Assembly (NCBI RefSeq): GCF_039654945.1
Contig: NW_027361802.1
Span: 9,486,001 to 9,550,000 of the forward strand
Source of the DNA: Dendrobates tinctorius
Taxonomy: Eukaryota
Reading direction: 5' to 3'
Length of the DNA: 64,000 nt
Shown here: one piece after another, positions 12,946-24,617 of the stretch
Position numbering within the stretch: position 1 is the stretch's first letter
How the letters are laid out: each line of letters begins with the position of its first letter
Notes under the pieces: generated by a model
The model's database searches: none
Told to the model about the DNA's origin: nothing
The model's input: only the letters and a program-made list of their open reading frames with translations
Position numbers and translations under genes: made by a program

Positions 12946-13846
12946 GGCCATGTGCCCCCTTTGCATTTTTTTATGCATTACGTTTTTGCCGCAGAGGAAA
13001 CGCTTAAAAAAGGCTAATAAAACGCACCCCCATGCAATCCTATGGGATTCCGTAGTTGCTGTGCCCATGCTACGGATTTTACTGCTGCAGAATCGCATAG
13101 CAGTAAAATCCGCAGCAGGTTCATTATTTCTGTGGAATCGCGGCGATTCCGCCGCCACAGGATTGCATTGAAACGCTCACTTTACACATGTGGCTATGCC
13201 CACCATGCGTAAAGTGAGCGCTTCATGTGTGGATGGTACCCAGGGTCTGGAGGAGAGGAGACTGTCCTCCATGCCCTGGATACCATATCCCTGTAAAAAA
13301 TAGAATTAAAATAAAAAATTGGTATATACTCACCTTCTGATGGCCCCCGCAGTCCTTCCCGCCTCTCAGCCACGCTACCAGCATCTTCCGTTCCAGGAAT
13401 GCCTTGCGCGAATGACCTCTGATGACGTAGCAGTCTCGTGTGATGATGTCATCAGAGGTCATTGTCGCATGGCATCTCTGGGAACAAAAGTTGCCGGCAG
13501 CGTCGCTGAGGGGCAGGACGACTTCGGGGGCTGCCAGAAGGTGAGTGAGTATATCCCTATTTTTATCTTTTACTACTGAAGCAGCATAGGCAGCATCAAT
13601 AGTAAAAAGTTGGTCACACTTGTCAAGCACTATGCTCGACAAGTGTTACCAATCTGTCAATCACTTTTCAAGCGATGCTCAAATCGCTTGAAAAGCGTAA
13701 GCATTCTGCATGCTAAAAACGCTTGCAAAACGCTTGTCTTTTGTGGGAAAACGCATGCGAATTCCGCATGCGTTTTACCCGCGGAAGGGAGTTGTGGAAA
13801 TGCTGCGGACAGTTCCGCAGCATTTCTGCAACGTGGGCACTTAGCC
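12946..13846. mobile_element. Harbinger-type MITE related to 14092-14978
   Basis: Degenerate TIRs ggccatgtgccc / gggcacttagcc; shared internal blocks (ggagaggagactgtcctcc, tggtcacacttgtcaa). Confidence 0.75.
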
Positions 13847-13895
13847 TAATGGGGACACCAGTAATAAGACACACGAAAAGCAAGAAATACTAGAC

Positions 13896-14000
13896 CTGTG
13901 GATCCAAGTTTCAGGGCTTTTTGGGAACTTCGTCAAGGCCAGTTTTCCAAGTTGCAAATCCTTTTCTGGGTTGAGTGCCCCAGACTGGATCAACTCTTTC
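13896..14000 (-). CDS. PTAR1: PTAR1 exon 4 (105 nt), KELIQSGALNPEKDLQLGKLALTKFPKSPETWIHR
   Basis: Read directly from the sequence (absent from the ORF track); acceptor caacAG, donor AG|GTCTAG; alpha-repeat motif PKSPETWIHR. Confidence 0.94.
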
Positions 14001-14091
14001 CTGTTGGATAAATTGAAGGTACGTTACTGACCTAACTAAATGTTAGCACAAACAGGCACATAAGCACATCAGGTACATGAGCTTCCTTTTA

Positions 14092-14978
14092 GGCTGTGTG
14101 CCCACGATGCGATTTTTAAGCGTTTTTGCCGTGATTTTCGGCGCAAAAACGTTTAAAAATCGTGTACAAAACGCCCCCCATGCATTCCTATGGCATTCCG
14201 CACATGCTGTGCTAATGCTGCGCTTTTTTCCTGCGGCGGAATCGCATCGCGGAAAAAAATCGCAGCATGCTCATTCTTTTGTGCGGAATCGCAAAGAATT
14301 GCCGCGATTCTGCACCCATAGAAATGCATGAGAACCGCTTACTTCCCGCATGTGGCTATGCCCACCATGCGCGAAGATAAGCGTCTTATGTGCGGTTGGT
14401 ACCCACGGTGTGGAGGAGAGGAGACTGTCCTCCAGGCCCTGGGTACCATACCCCTGTAAAAAAAAGAATAAAAAGTAAAAAATAAAAAAATTGGGGTATA
14501 TTTACCTTCCAACGTCCCGCGCTGCATTCCCGGCCTAAGCGTTCCCAGTAATGCCTTGCGGCAAGGTCCTGTGATGACGTGATCTCGCGAGATCGCTATA
14601 GTAACGCGAGACTACGTCATCACTGGACCGTGCCGCAAGGCATTACTGGGAACGCTGTGGCCCGGGATGGCAGCGCGGGACGTCGGAAGGTAAATATACA
14701 CCGATTTTTTATTTTTTTTATCATTTTATCTTTTACTATTGAGGCCGCATAGGCGGCCTCAATAGTAAAAATCTGGTCACACTTGTCAAACACTATGTTT
14801 GACAAGTGTGACCAACCTGTCAATCACTTTCAAAGCGATGCTTCAAATCGCTTGGAAAGTGCTTGAGAAAATCGCGGCAAAATCGCGGTGAAATTGCGCG
14901 GGGGAAAAAAACGCGCGATTTCTGGGAAGGAGTCCGGTTTTTAGTGTGCGTTTTAAAACGCTATGTGGGCCCATAGCC
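14092..14978 (+). mobile_element. Harbinger-type MITE (~890 bp)
   Basis: TIRs ggctgtgtgcccac / gtgggcccatagcc; TTA TSD; close reverse-complement copy at 59452-60338. Confidence 0.88.
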
Positions 14979-15196
14979 TTAATGTTCTGCTGGGTAACAA
15001 TCACAGACCGTTTCATCTAACAGAGAGAAAAACAAATAAAAAAAAAAAATCACACCACATTATTATATCACTGATTAACAAAACGAGCTTATACCCTGCC
15101 AGATGTCTGACATTTGTTATAGGCCTATAATATATACATGCACAAGGAATCAGAAGGGTCAAGAACACTACATAAAAGAGTTTCATCATTGACTTT

Positions 15197-15593
15197 GTGC
15201 AAATTGTCTCTTCAGACAGTAAAAATGACTAGAACTCTAGTGCCACCTATTGGAAGTAGCAATCCTAACAGTCAATGTCGACCCTTTAACGAGCCTTGTT
15301 ACATGACTTAAGATAAAAGCCAAACCAGAATTTCAATTTGCAGACACTGTGTTTCGGGGTACTGCCCCTCGTCAGTGCAAAGTGTGAGATCTGGTTTGGC
15401 TGTGCAAAAGGTGTCTGACAGATATCCAAGAAGGATTGCTACTTCCAATAGGTGGCACTAGAGTTCTAGTCCTCATACACTCTGAAGAGGCAATTTGCAT
15501 ATTTCCCAGAGGAGCATCGCGGCTTTAAGTCTCCTCATCTCGGCATGCTTAGCATGTCATTCTCCGCAAGGAGAAACAATACTTCTTGGATAT
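15197..15593 (-). mobile_element. Short non-coding hammerhead-carrying repeat (Penelope pLTR-derived or retrozyme-like) with inverted arms
   Basis: Arms ~15197-15266 and ~15432-15500 are inverted; internal hammerhead; a diverged partial copy lies at ~39477-39617; boundaries approximate. Confidence 0.65.
15337..15381 (-). ncRNA. Type I hammerhead ribozyme, canonical core (extended helix I spans 15318-15401)
   Basis: Minus strand reads UUUGCA-CUGACGA-GGGG-CAGUA-CCCC-GAAA-CAC-A-GUG-UC/UGCAAA; all core nucleotides present, GUC cleavage triplet. Confidence 0.88.
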
Positions 15594-16669
15594 CATTTAT
15601 TTTAAAAACTAGTAATAACCAAAACTGTCGTAAAGAGAAGTGTTCACGTATACTCCTTTCCCCAATATTCAATTTCTAAATCGGATATTAAGATTTATGT
15701 CTACAACAGACAACTTGTGTTCTATAAAACAAAGAAACCATTGGGATTACCCATCCAATACACAAGCAACTTTCCCTTACTGGATGATCCTCCTATACGG
15801 GCACACAAAGCAAAGCCAAAATACAGGAGTCCTGTGACTGATCTCAGACACCAGACAAGGAGAGGTTATAAGAGGGCTGGCTGTTACATGCAGCTAGGAG
15901 CAGGTTACACCCCTGATCGGTGACGCAATGTCCCTGCAAGGAGGGGGGGGATCACCAAGGAGCAAAACCAGCGTCACAAATCTCTTGAAAAAATCTTCAT
16001 AATAGTTATCTGCCAAAATACATTATTTTAGTGATCTTATACAATGCATGTTATTTTTTCCTTACATTTGAAAGCACTAGCTAACTACTTGGGCATCTGG
16101 CTGGCTTCTATTATTTTATCATAATTACTCTGAGACCATAATTAATGTCCAAGAGCATAACATGTCATTTTCTTCATTAAACCATGTGCAATTATTAATA
16201 ACTGATGAGGAGCCAGCATTGTATAACCTAGGAAATTTTACCTTATAAGAAGTTCTGATGTCTGTAGGAGCAACACACAGATCTTCAAAAATCCTAGTCG
16301 AAAAAGCGAGTCACCAAAGCCCGATACTTAATACAATTAATAGAATTGTTGCCATGTAATATAGAAGCAAGACCAACACAAGGTCCAAGTTTCCCAATAA
16401 AGGGACTGTCCGCACAAAATGACTTTTCAGACAAAATAGAGGTGCTCAATGCATCATGATGGCGCCAATTACTGGCATACACCTTAACAACTACTTGTTT
16501 TCTATCACTGCCGTTTTCTGGCTCTATGAAGCCAGAGCTGTCAATCAAGGAAGAAGGGGGTGGAGATTGAGGGAAAACAGGCCAACGCTACACTGAGCGC
16601 CTGTCCTTGGTTTCAGCAGTCATTCTGTGCTGACAGTCTCTTAAGAAAAGGCAAAAGAAGGGTGCATAC

Positions 16670-16736
16670 CTTACATTCCATGCAGTAGTGAAATCTGGGT
16701 TCAGCAACAACAGGGTGCAGGTTACATCAATCAATT
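16670..16736 (-). CDS. PTAR1: PTAR1 exon 3 (67 nt), ELIDVTCTLLLLNPDFTTAWNVR
   Basis: Pyrimidine tract plus tttAG acceptor; donor AG|GTATGC; G|AA = Glu join; prenyltransferase alpha-repeat motif NPDFTTAWNVR. Confidence 0.96.
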
Positions 16737-17236
16737 CTAAAGAAAAGAAAGAATATATTACAGCATGGAAGAGCTTCACAAATCTGTTGTAAAAAAGTGG
16801 AGACACAACATGGTTGGCACCTCTGAATACCTAGCATGCAATGTAAAAGCCTCCAAGAATAAAAAGGGTTTAGTGAAACCGTTTGGATGTATACATCAGA
16901 TGTATATATATCTACTGCATGTTTGATACAGAAAAGAATAAGACACAAAAATACATTTAAAACATATCTGTAGAAAAAGATGCCAAATGCAAAACAATGC
17001 CAGAACATGATTAATGGCAAATGAAAACATCTAAACTAACCTGTGAGAAATTAGAACTAAGGCTCAACTGGACCTAGACCCACCTTGTCTGTGCTCTCAT
17101 GACTTTAAAGGGAATCGTTTCTCTGCTCTCTCATCTGAAAGCAGCATGATGGTAGGGAAAAAGAAGCTGAATCCAAGGATGTACCGCCTAGTTTACTGGG
17201 TGCAGCCGTTCTGACACAGAGTGTTTAGATTTAGAG

Positions 17237-17543
17237 TAGTGATGTGCGAGTATACTTGTCACACGAGTTTTCCCGAGCATGCTCGGGTGGTCTCCGAGTA
17301 TTTGGATGTGCTTGGAGATTTAGTTTCTGTCTCTGTAGCTGCATGATTTGCGGCTACTTGACAGCCTGCATACATGTGGGGATTTCCTAACAAACAGGCA
17401 ACCCCCACATTCAGGCTGGCTAGCAGCCGCAAATCATGCAGCTACAGAGACAGAAACTAAATCTCCGAGCACATCCAAATACTCGGAGATCACCCGAGCA
17501 TGCTCAGGAAAACTCGAGTGACAAGTATACTCGCTCATCACTA
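17237..17543. mobile_element. hAT-type palindromic MITE
   Basis: TIRs tagtgatgtgcgagtatacttgtcac / gtgacaagtatactcgctcatcacta; 8-bp TSD ATTTAGAG vs A+TTTAGAA (right copy split by a Helitron). Confidence 0.85.
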
Positions 17544-17950
17544 ATCTAATATATAAAGCTCAATGTGGGTATGTATGTATGTATGTATGTATGTATGTCC
17601 GGGATAGGCATCCGCACCCTCGCAGCTACAGTCACACGTCTGGACCCCGAGGGCGTCATAGGCTATGTTGTGAGGCGAAATTTTAACCCTGCGCGTCCCA
17701 ATTCACCAAACAATTTTGCCCCTATCTACATAATGGGGAAAAAGTGTATGTATGGGCATCTGCACCGTCGTAGCTACAGCCACAAAATTTTGCACAAGTA
17801 GTAATAAACAGCAAGGCACTCAAAGTTTCAAAAATTATTGAGAAGGTGCACAAGTAGGGTATCCAGCCCGTAATATTAGTAACAATGATGAACTTGGCAC
17901 TCAAATGCGTGAAAAAGTTCTTTATATTTGATTGGCATCCAAATCACATG

Positions 17951-17996
17951 AATTCTGAACGTTTTCGGTCCTTCATTGGACCTTCATCAGAGAATT
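17951..17996 (-). ncRNA. Minimal type I hammerhead ribozyme (PLE-type)
   Basis: Exact reverse complement of 18967-19012. Confidence 0.75.
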
Positions 17997-18966
17997 TGTC
18001 AACATGATTTACTGTTTAAAAATAGAAACAGAAATACATTCCATACATTAAGTATCACGTGATGCACACAAATAGAAAAATTAGGTGGAACGAAAATTAC
18101 ATAGCAGGTTACGTCAAATAAGCTTATATAAAGTCTTGAACTGTAGAGATTGTTGAACAAAGACACATAATGCGTAATCCTTCCGCGAAGATATATGTGA
18201 GATATGGTATTAAGGAAAAAAACAACCATACGATGCTCAGTAAAAGTAAAGTTGAAGTGAAGCTCCTTTGCAATAGAGTAAAGTAGAGTATAGTTAGACC
18301 ACATATTATAATCCAGTACAATATATTCATTTATTTATAATATATGTGCACTACCCATTTGTTTAAAAGGAAAAAATAAGAGGTAAAGGGCTTTAAACTC
18401 CCTATAATTACCTGACCTGGATGCTGCTTTGAAAGTTATANNNNNNNNNNNNNNNNNNNNNNNNNNNNNNNNNNNNNNNNNNNNNNNNNNNNNNNNNNNN
18501 NNNNNNNNNNNNNNNNNNNNNNNNNNNNNNNNNNNNNNNNNNNNNNNNNNNNNNNNNNNNNNNNNNNNNNNNNNNCCTTTCCTCCTAGGAGGACCAGCAT
18601 GTTCAAACCATATATGATATAGGCACTAAATACAATCCTCTGACACATATTGCACACAATACCTTGGAGCACTTGTATCCTTTATTCTACTGCAGAGGGG
18701 CTTCACTTCAACTTTACTTTTACTGAGCATAGTATGGTTGGTTTTCTCCTTAATACCATATCTCACATATATCTTCGCGGAAGGATTACGCATTATGTGT
18801 CTTTGTTCAACAATCTCTACAGTTCAAGACTTTATATAAGCTTATTCGACGTAACCTGCTATGTAATTTTCGTTCCACCTAATTTTTCTATTTGTGTGCA
18901 TCACGTGATACTTAATGTATGGAATGTATTTCTGTTTCTATTTTTAAACAGTAAATCATGTTGTCA

Positions 18967-19012
18967 AATTCTCTGATGAAGGTCCAATGAAGGACCGAAA
19001 ACGTTCAGAATT
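18967..19012 (+). ncRNA. Minimal type I hammerhead ribozyme (PLE-type)
   Basis: AAUUCU-CUGAUGA-A-GGUCC-AAUGAA-GGACC-GAAA-ACGU-UC/AGAAUU; palindromic helix III (AACGUU). Confidence 0.78.
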
Positions 19013-19490
19013 CATGTGATTTGGATGCCAATAAACTATAAATAACTTTTTCACGCATTTGAGTGCCAAGTTCATCATTTTTACAAAATTTGGCACAGTC
19101 ACACGTCTGGACCCCGAGAGCGTCATAGGCTATGTTGTGAGGCTAAATTTTAGCCCCGTGCGTTCTAATTCACCAAACAATTTTGCCCCTATCTACATAA
19201 TGGGGAAAAAGTGAAAGGAAAAGTGTTGGAGGCAAATTGACAGCTGCCAGATGTGATCAAGGGGGACTTAAAGAATGAGAGCGATGGCACCAAAGAGTAT
19301 ATACCGTACAGTTGCTAAGGTGGGGCCCTGACATAGGATACTCGCCACACACAGGGATATGAACACACACACAAAATGCGCCACACACTACCATGTGCTT
19401 CAACACATATACCACCCTCAGCACACATTTCACCACACATACACCAACCTCGCCACATAAAAGTCGCCACGCTGTCCCAGAGCTGTTTAA

Positions 19491-22400
19491 CCCCTTCATG
19501 ACCCAGCCTATTTTGACCTTAATGACCTGGCCATTTTTTGCAATTCTGACCAGTGTCCCTTTATGAGGTAATAACTTTGGAACGCTTCAACGCATCCTAC
19601 CGATTCTGAGATTGTTTTTTCGCGACATATTGGGCTTCATGATAGTGGTAAATTTAGGTCGATAATTTTTGCGTTTATTTGTGAAAAAATCAGAAATTTG
19701 GAGAAAATTTTGAAAAATTTGCAATTTTCAAATTTTGAATTTTTATCCTGTTAAACTAGAGAGTTATGTGACACAAAATAGTTACTAAATAACATTTCCC
19801 ACATGTCTACTTTACATCAGCACAATTTTGGAAGCAAAATATTTTTTTGTTAGGAAGTTATAAGGGTTAAAAGTTGACCAGTGATTTCTCATTTTTACAA
19901 CAAAATTTACAAAACCATTTTTTTTAGGGACCACCTCATATTTGAAGTCACTTTGAGGGGTCTACATGGCAGAAAATACCCAAAAGTGACACCATTGTAA
20001 AAACTGCACCCCTCAAGCTACTTAAAACTACATTCAAGAAGATTATTAACCCTTCAGTTGTTTCACAGCAGCTAAAGCAATGTGGAAGGAAAAAAATGGA
20101 CATTTTAATTTTTCCAACACAAATTTTCTTTCAGCATCAATTTTTTCATTTTCACATGGGCAACAGGATAAAATGGATCCTAAAATTTGATGGGCAATTT
20201 CCCCTGAGTACACCGATACCTCATATGTGGTCATAAACCACTGTATGTGCGCACGGCAGGGCTCAGAAGGGAAGGAGCGCCATTTGACTTTTTGAATGGA
20301 AAATATGCTGGAATATTTAGCGCTTGCCATGTCGCGTTTGGAGAGTCGCTGTGTGCCTAAACACTGGAGCTCCCCCACAAGTGATCCCATTTTGGAAACT
20401 AGACCCCCCAAGGAACTTATCTAGATGCATAGTGATCACTTTGAACCCCCAGGTGCTTCTCAAATTGATCCGTAAAAAAAAAAAAAAAGTACTTTTTTTT
20501 CACAAAAATTATCTTTTAGCCTCAGTTTTTTCATTTTCACATGGGCAACAGGATAAAATGGATCCTAAAATTTGTTGGGCAATTTCCCCAGAGCACACCA
20601 ATACCTCATATGTGGTCATAAACCACTGTTTGGGTGCACGGCAGGGCCCGGAAGGGAAGGAGCGCCATTTGACTTTTTGAATGGAAAATTAGCTCCAATC
20701 GTTATCGGACACCATGTCGCGTTTGGAGAGCCCCTGTGTGCCTAAACATTGGAGCTCCCCCACAAGTGACACCATTTTGGAAACTAGACCCCTTAAGGAA
20801 CTTAGCTAGATGTGTAGTGAGCACTTTGAACCCCCAAGTGCCTCACAAAAGTTTATAACAGAGCAGTGAAAATAAAAAATCTTTTTTTTTCCTCAAAAAT
20901 GATTTTTTAGCACACTATTTTTTATTTTCACAAGGGTAACAGGAGAAATTGGACCACAAAAGTTGTTGTCCAGATTGTCCTGAGTACGCTGGTACCCCAT
21001 ATGTGGGGGGGCACTGTTTGGGTGCACGGCAGGGCGCATAAGGGAATGAGCGCCATTTGACTTTTTGAAATGAAAATTAGCTCCAATCGTTAGCGGACAC
21101 CATGTCGTGTTTGGAGATCCCCTGTGTGCCTAAACATTGGAGCTCCCCCACAAATGACCCCATTTTCGAAACTAGACCCCCTAAGGAACTTATCTAGATG
21201 CATAGTGAGCACTTTGAACCCCCAGGTGATTCACAGAAGTTTATAATGCAGAGCAGTGAAAATAAAAAATCTTTTTTTTTTTTTCCTAAAAAAATTTTTT
21301 TTTATAGTCGGCAATTTTTTATTTTCACAAGGGTACCAGGATAAATTGGACCCCAAAAGTTGTTTTCCAGTTTGTCCCGAGTACGGTGGTACCCCATATG
21401 TGGGTGGGAACCACTGTTTGGGCACACGTTGGGACTCAGCAGGGAAGTAGTGACATTTTGAAATTTTGCTGAGCCCCTGTGTGCCTAAACAGTAGAAACC
21501 CCCCACAAGTGACCCCATTTTGGAAACTAGACCCCCCCCCCCCCCAAGGAACTTATCTAGATGTGTGGTGAGCACCTTGAACCCCCAAGTGCTTCACAGA
21601 AGTTTATAACGCAGAGCCGTGAAAATAAAAAATCATTTTTTTCCCTCAAAAAAAAAAGATTTTTAGCCCGCAATTTTTTTTTCACAAGTGTAACAGCATA
21701 AATTGGACCCCAAAAGTTGTTGTCCAGTTTGTCCTGAGTACGCTGATACCCCATATGTGGGGGATGACCACTGTATGGGCACACGTCAGGGCTCGGAAGG
21801 GAAGTAGTGACGTTTCGGTATGCAGACTTTGATGGAATGGTCTGCGGGCATGTTACATTTGCAGAGCCCTTGATGTACCTAAACTGTGGAAACCCCCCAC
21901 AAGTGACCCCATTTTGGAAACTAGACCCCATAAGGAACTTGCCTAGATGTGTGGTGAACACCTTGAACCCCGAAGTGCTTCACAAAGATTGTAACGCAGA
22001 GCCATGAAAATAAAAAATCATTTTTTTTCCTCAAAAAATGAATTTTTAGCTCGCAATTTTTTATTTTCACAAGGGTAACAGGAGAAATTGGACTCCAAAA
22101 GTTGTTGTCCAGTTTGTCCTGAGTACGCTGATACCCCATATGTGTGGGGGAACCATTGTTTGGGCACACGTCAGGGCTCGGAATGGAAGTAGTGACGTTT
22201 TGAAATGAAGACTTTGATGGAATAGTCTGCGGTCGTCATTAAGTTTGCAGAGCCCCTGATGTGCCTAAACAGTGGAAACCCCCCACAAGTGACCCCATTT
22301 TGGAAACTAGACCTTCCAAGGAACTTATGTAGATGTATGGTGAGCACTTTTAACCCCCAAGTGCTTCACAGAAGTTTATAATGCAGAGACGTGAAAATGA

Positions 22401-23467
22401 AAAAAACATTTTTTTTTCCACAAAAGTAATTTTTTAGCCTCCAATTTTTTATTTTCCCAAGGGTAACAGGAGAAATTATTCCCCAAAAGTTGTTGTGCAA
22501 TTTTTCCTGAGTATGCTGATACCCCATATGTGGGGGTAAACCACTGTTTGGGCACACATCGGGGCTTGGAAGGGAGGGAGCACCGTTTGACTTTTTGAAT
22601 GCAAAATTGGCTGGAATCAATGGTTGCACCATATCGCATTTGGAGACCCCCTGATGTGCCTAAACAGTGGAAACCCCTCAATTCTAACTCCAACCCTAAC
22701 CCCAACACACCCCTAACCCCAACACATCCCTAACCCTAATCCCAACCCTAACCATAAACCTAACCCCAACACACCCCTAACCCCAACATTAACCACAAGC
22801 CTAACCCTAATTCTAACCCTAACCCTAATTCCAACCCTAATTCTAACCCTAATTCCAACCCTAACCCCAATTCCAACCCTAATTCCAACCCTAACCCTCT
22901 TTCCAACCCTAACAACCCTCTTTCCAACCCTAACCCTCTTTCCAACCCTAATGGAAAAATAAAAATATTTTCTTTATTTTACTAGTTATGCCTACCTATG
23001 GGGGTGATAATCGGGGGGTTCATTTACTTTTTATTTCATTTTGATCACTGTGAGAGTGATCAAAATGAAATAATGGAATCTGCAGCCGGCAGATTCGGGC
23101 GGAATCTGGGCGGAATTTTTCAAGATGGCGGCGCCCATGAACCGGACCCGCTGGACACCGGGAGCGAGAGGGGGACTTAGAAGGTGCCGGGGGCGGTGTG
23201 AGTGGGTGAGGGGGTTATCGGAAGCTGGCGGGGAGCGGAGGGAATGGGAGGGGGGGGCAGATGATGACGACAACGGCGGCAGATCGCCGCTGTCACTCAG
23301 TGGCGGGGGGGGTCGAATCGGTGTCTCCAGCCATGTCCAATGCTACTGTAGCATCGGCCATGGCTGGATTGTAATATTTTATCAATTTTCATTGATGAAA
23401 TATTACTATCGCTCTGATTGGCACCGACTTTCATGACGCATACGCTGTGTTACAGGTCGGGAAGGGG
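19491..23467 (+). mobile_element. Non-autonomous piggyBac-like (TTAA) element with internal ~360-420-bp tandem units
   Basis: TTAA TSD at 19487-19490 and 23468-23471; termini CCCCTTCATGACC / GGTCGGGAAGGGG; no transposase ORF. Confidence 0.8.
22680..22952. repeat. Degenerate (CCCTAA)n telomere-like repeat inside the TTAA element
   Basis: aaccct(a/c) hexamers interspersed with ttccaa variants. Confidence 0.8.
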
Positions 23468-23654
23468 TTAAAAGATGAAAAATGAGCTGTGATTGGTTGC
23501 TATCAGCAACAGTTTTCTTTGTAGACAGTTGTGGTAACTGAGGCCTATTATTCTTATCATTTCTATGGTGTTATCGTCCTTCTGTAAAGCTGGAAATAAC
23601 ACAATTTATTACCGTGCCAACACAGACCACCCTCTGACACAGACTGCAGAGGGA

Positions 23655-24617
23655 GCCCAGTATCACACAGGATTAGATACACGGCTCAGCAGACAGTATC
23701 ACACAGGAGAGGATTAGACACATGACTCAGCAGTCAGTATCACACAGGATAGGAATAGATACGCAGCTCAGCAGTCAGTACCACAGGATAGGATTAGATA
23801 CAAAGCTCAGCAGTCAGTATCACACAGGATAGGATTAGATACACAGCTCAGCAGTCAGTATCACAGGATAGGATTATATACACAGCTCAGCAGTCAGTAT
23901 CACACAGGATAGGATTAGATACACAGCTTAGCAGTCAGTATCACACAGGAGAGGATTAGACACATGGCTCAGCAGGCAGTATCACAGGATAGGATTAGAT
24001 ACGCGGCTCAGCAGACAGTATCACACGATAGGATTAGATACACAGCTCAGCAGTCAGTATCACACAGGATAGTATTAGATACACAGTTCAGCAGTCAGTA
24101 TCACACAGGATAGTATTAGATACACGGCTCAGCAGTCAGTATCACACAGGATAGGAATAGATACACGGCTCAGCAGTCAGTATCACACAGGATAGGAATA
24201 GATACACGGCTCAGCAGTCAGTATCACACAGGATAGGATTAGATACACAGCTCAGCAGTCAGTATCACACAGGATAGGAATAGATACACGGCTCAGCAGT
24301 CAGTATCACACAGGATAGGATTAGATACACAGCTCAGCAGTCAGTATCACACAGGATAGGAATAGATACACGGCTCAGCAGTCAGTATCACACAGGATAG
24401 GATTAGATACACAGCTCAGCAGTCAGTATCACACAGGATAGGAATAGATACACGGCTCAGCAGTCAGTATCACACAGGATAGGATTAGATACACAGCTCA
24501 GCAGTCAGTATCACACAGGATAGGAATAGATACACGGCTCAGCAGACAGTATCACACAGGAGAGGATTAGATACACAGCTCAGCAGTCAGTATCACACAG
24601 GATAGGATTAGATGCAC
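23655..24617. repeat. ~41-bp minisatellite, more than 20 copies
   Basis: Unit cagcagtcagtatcacacaggataggattagatacacagct. Confidence 0.92.

Larger units (their letters stand above)
17797..19082. mobile_element. Penelope-like pseudo-LTR pair in inverted orientation around an N gap
   Basis: ~17881-18290 is near-identical to the reverse complement of ~18690-19083; each arm carries a hammerhead; flanked by acaaaatt(t/g)gcaca-like duplicated host sequence. Confidence 0.65.

Noticed and set aside
22680-22952. True telomere or chromosome fusion site
   Set aside because: Degenerate, single orientation, internal to a transposon
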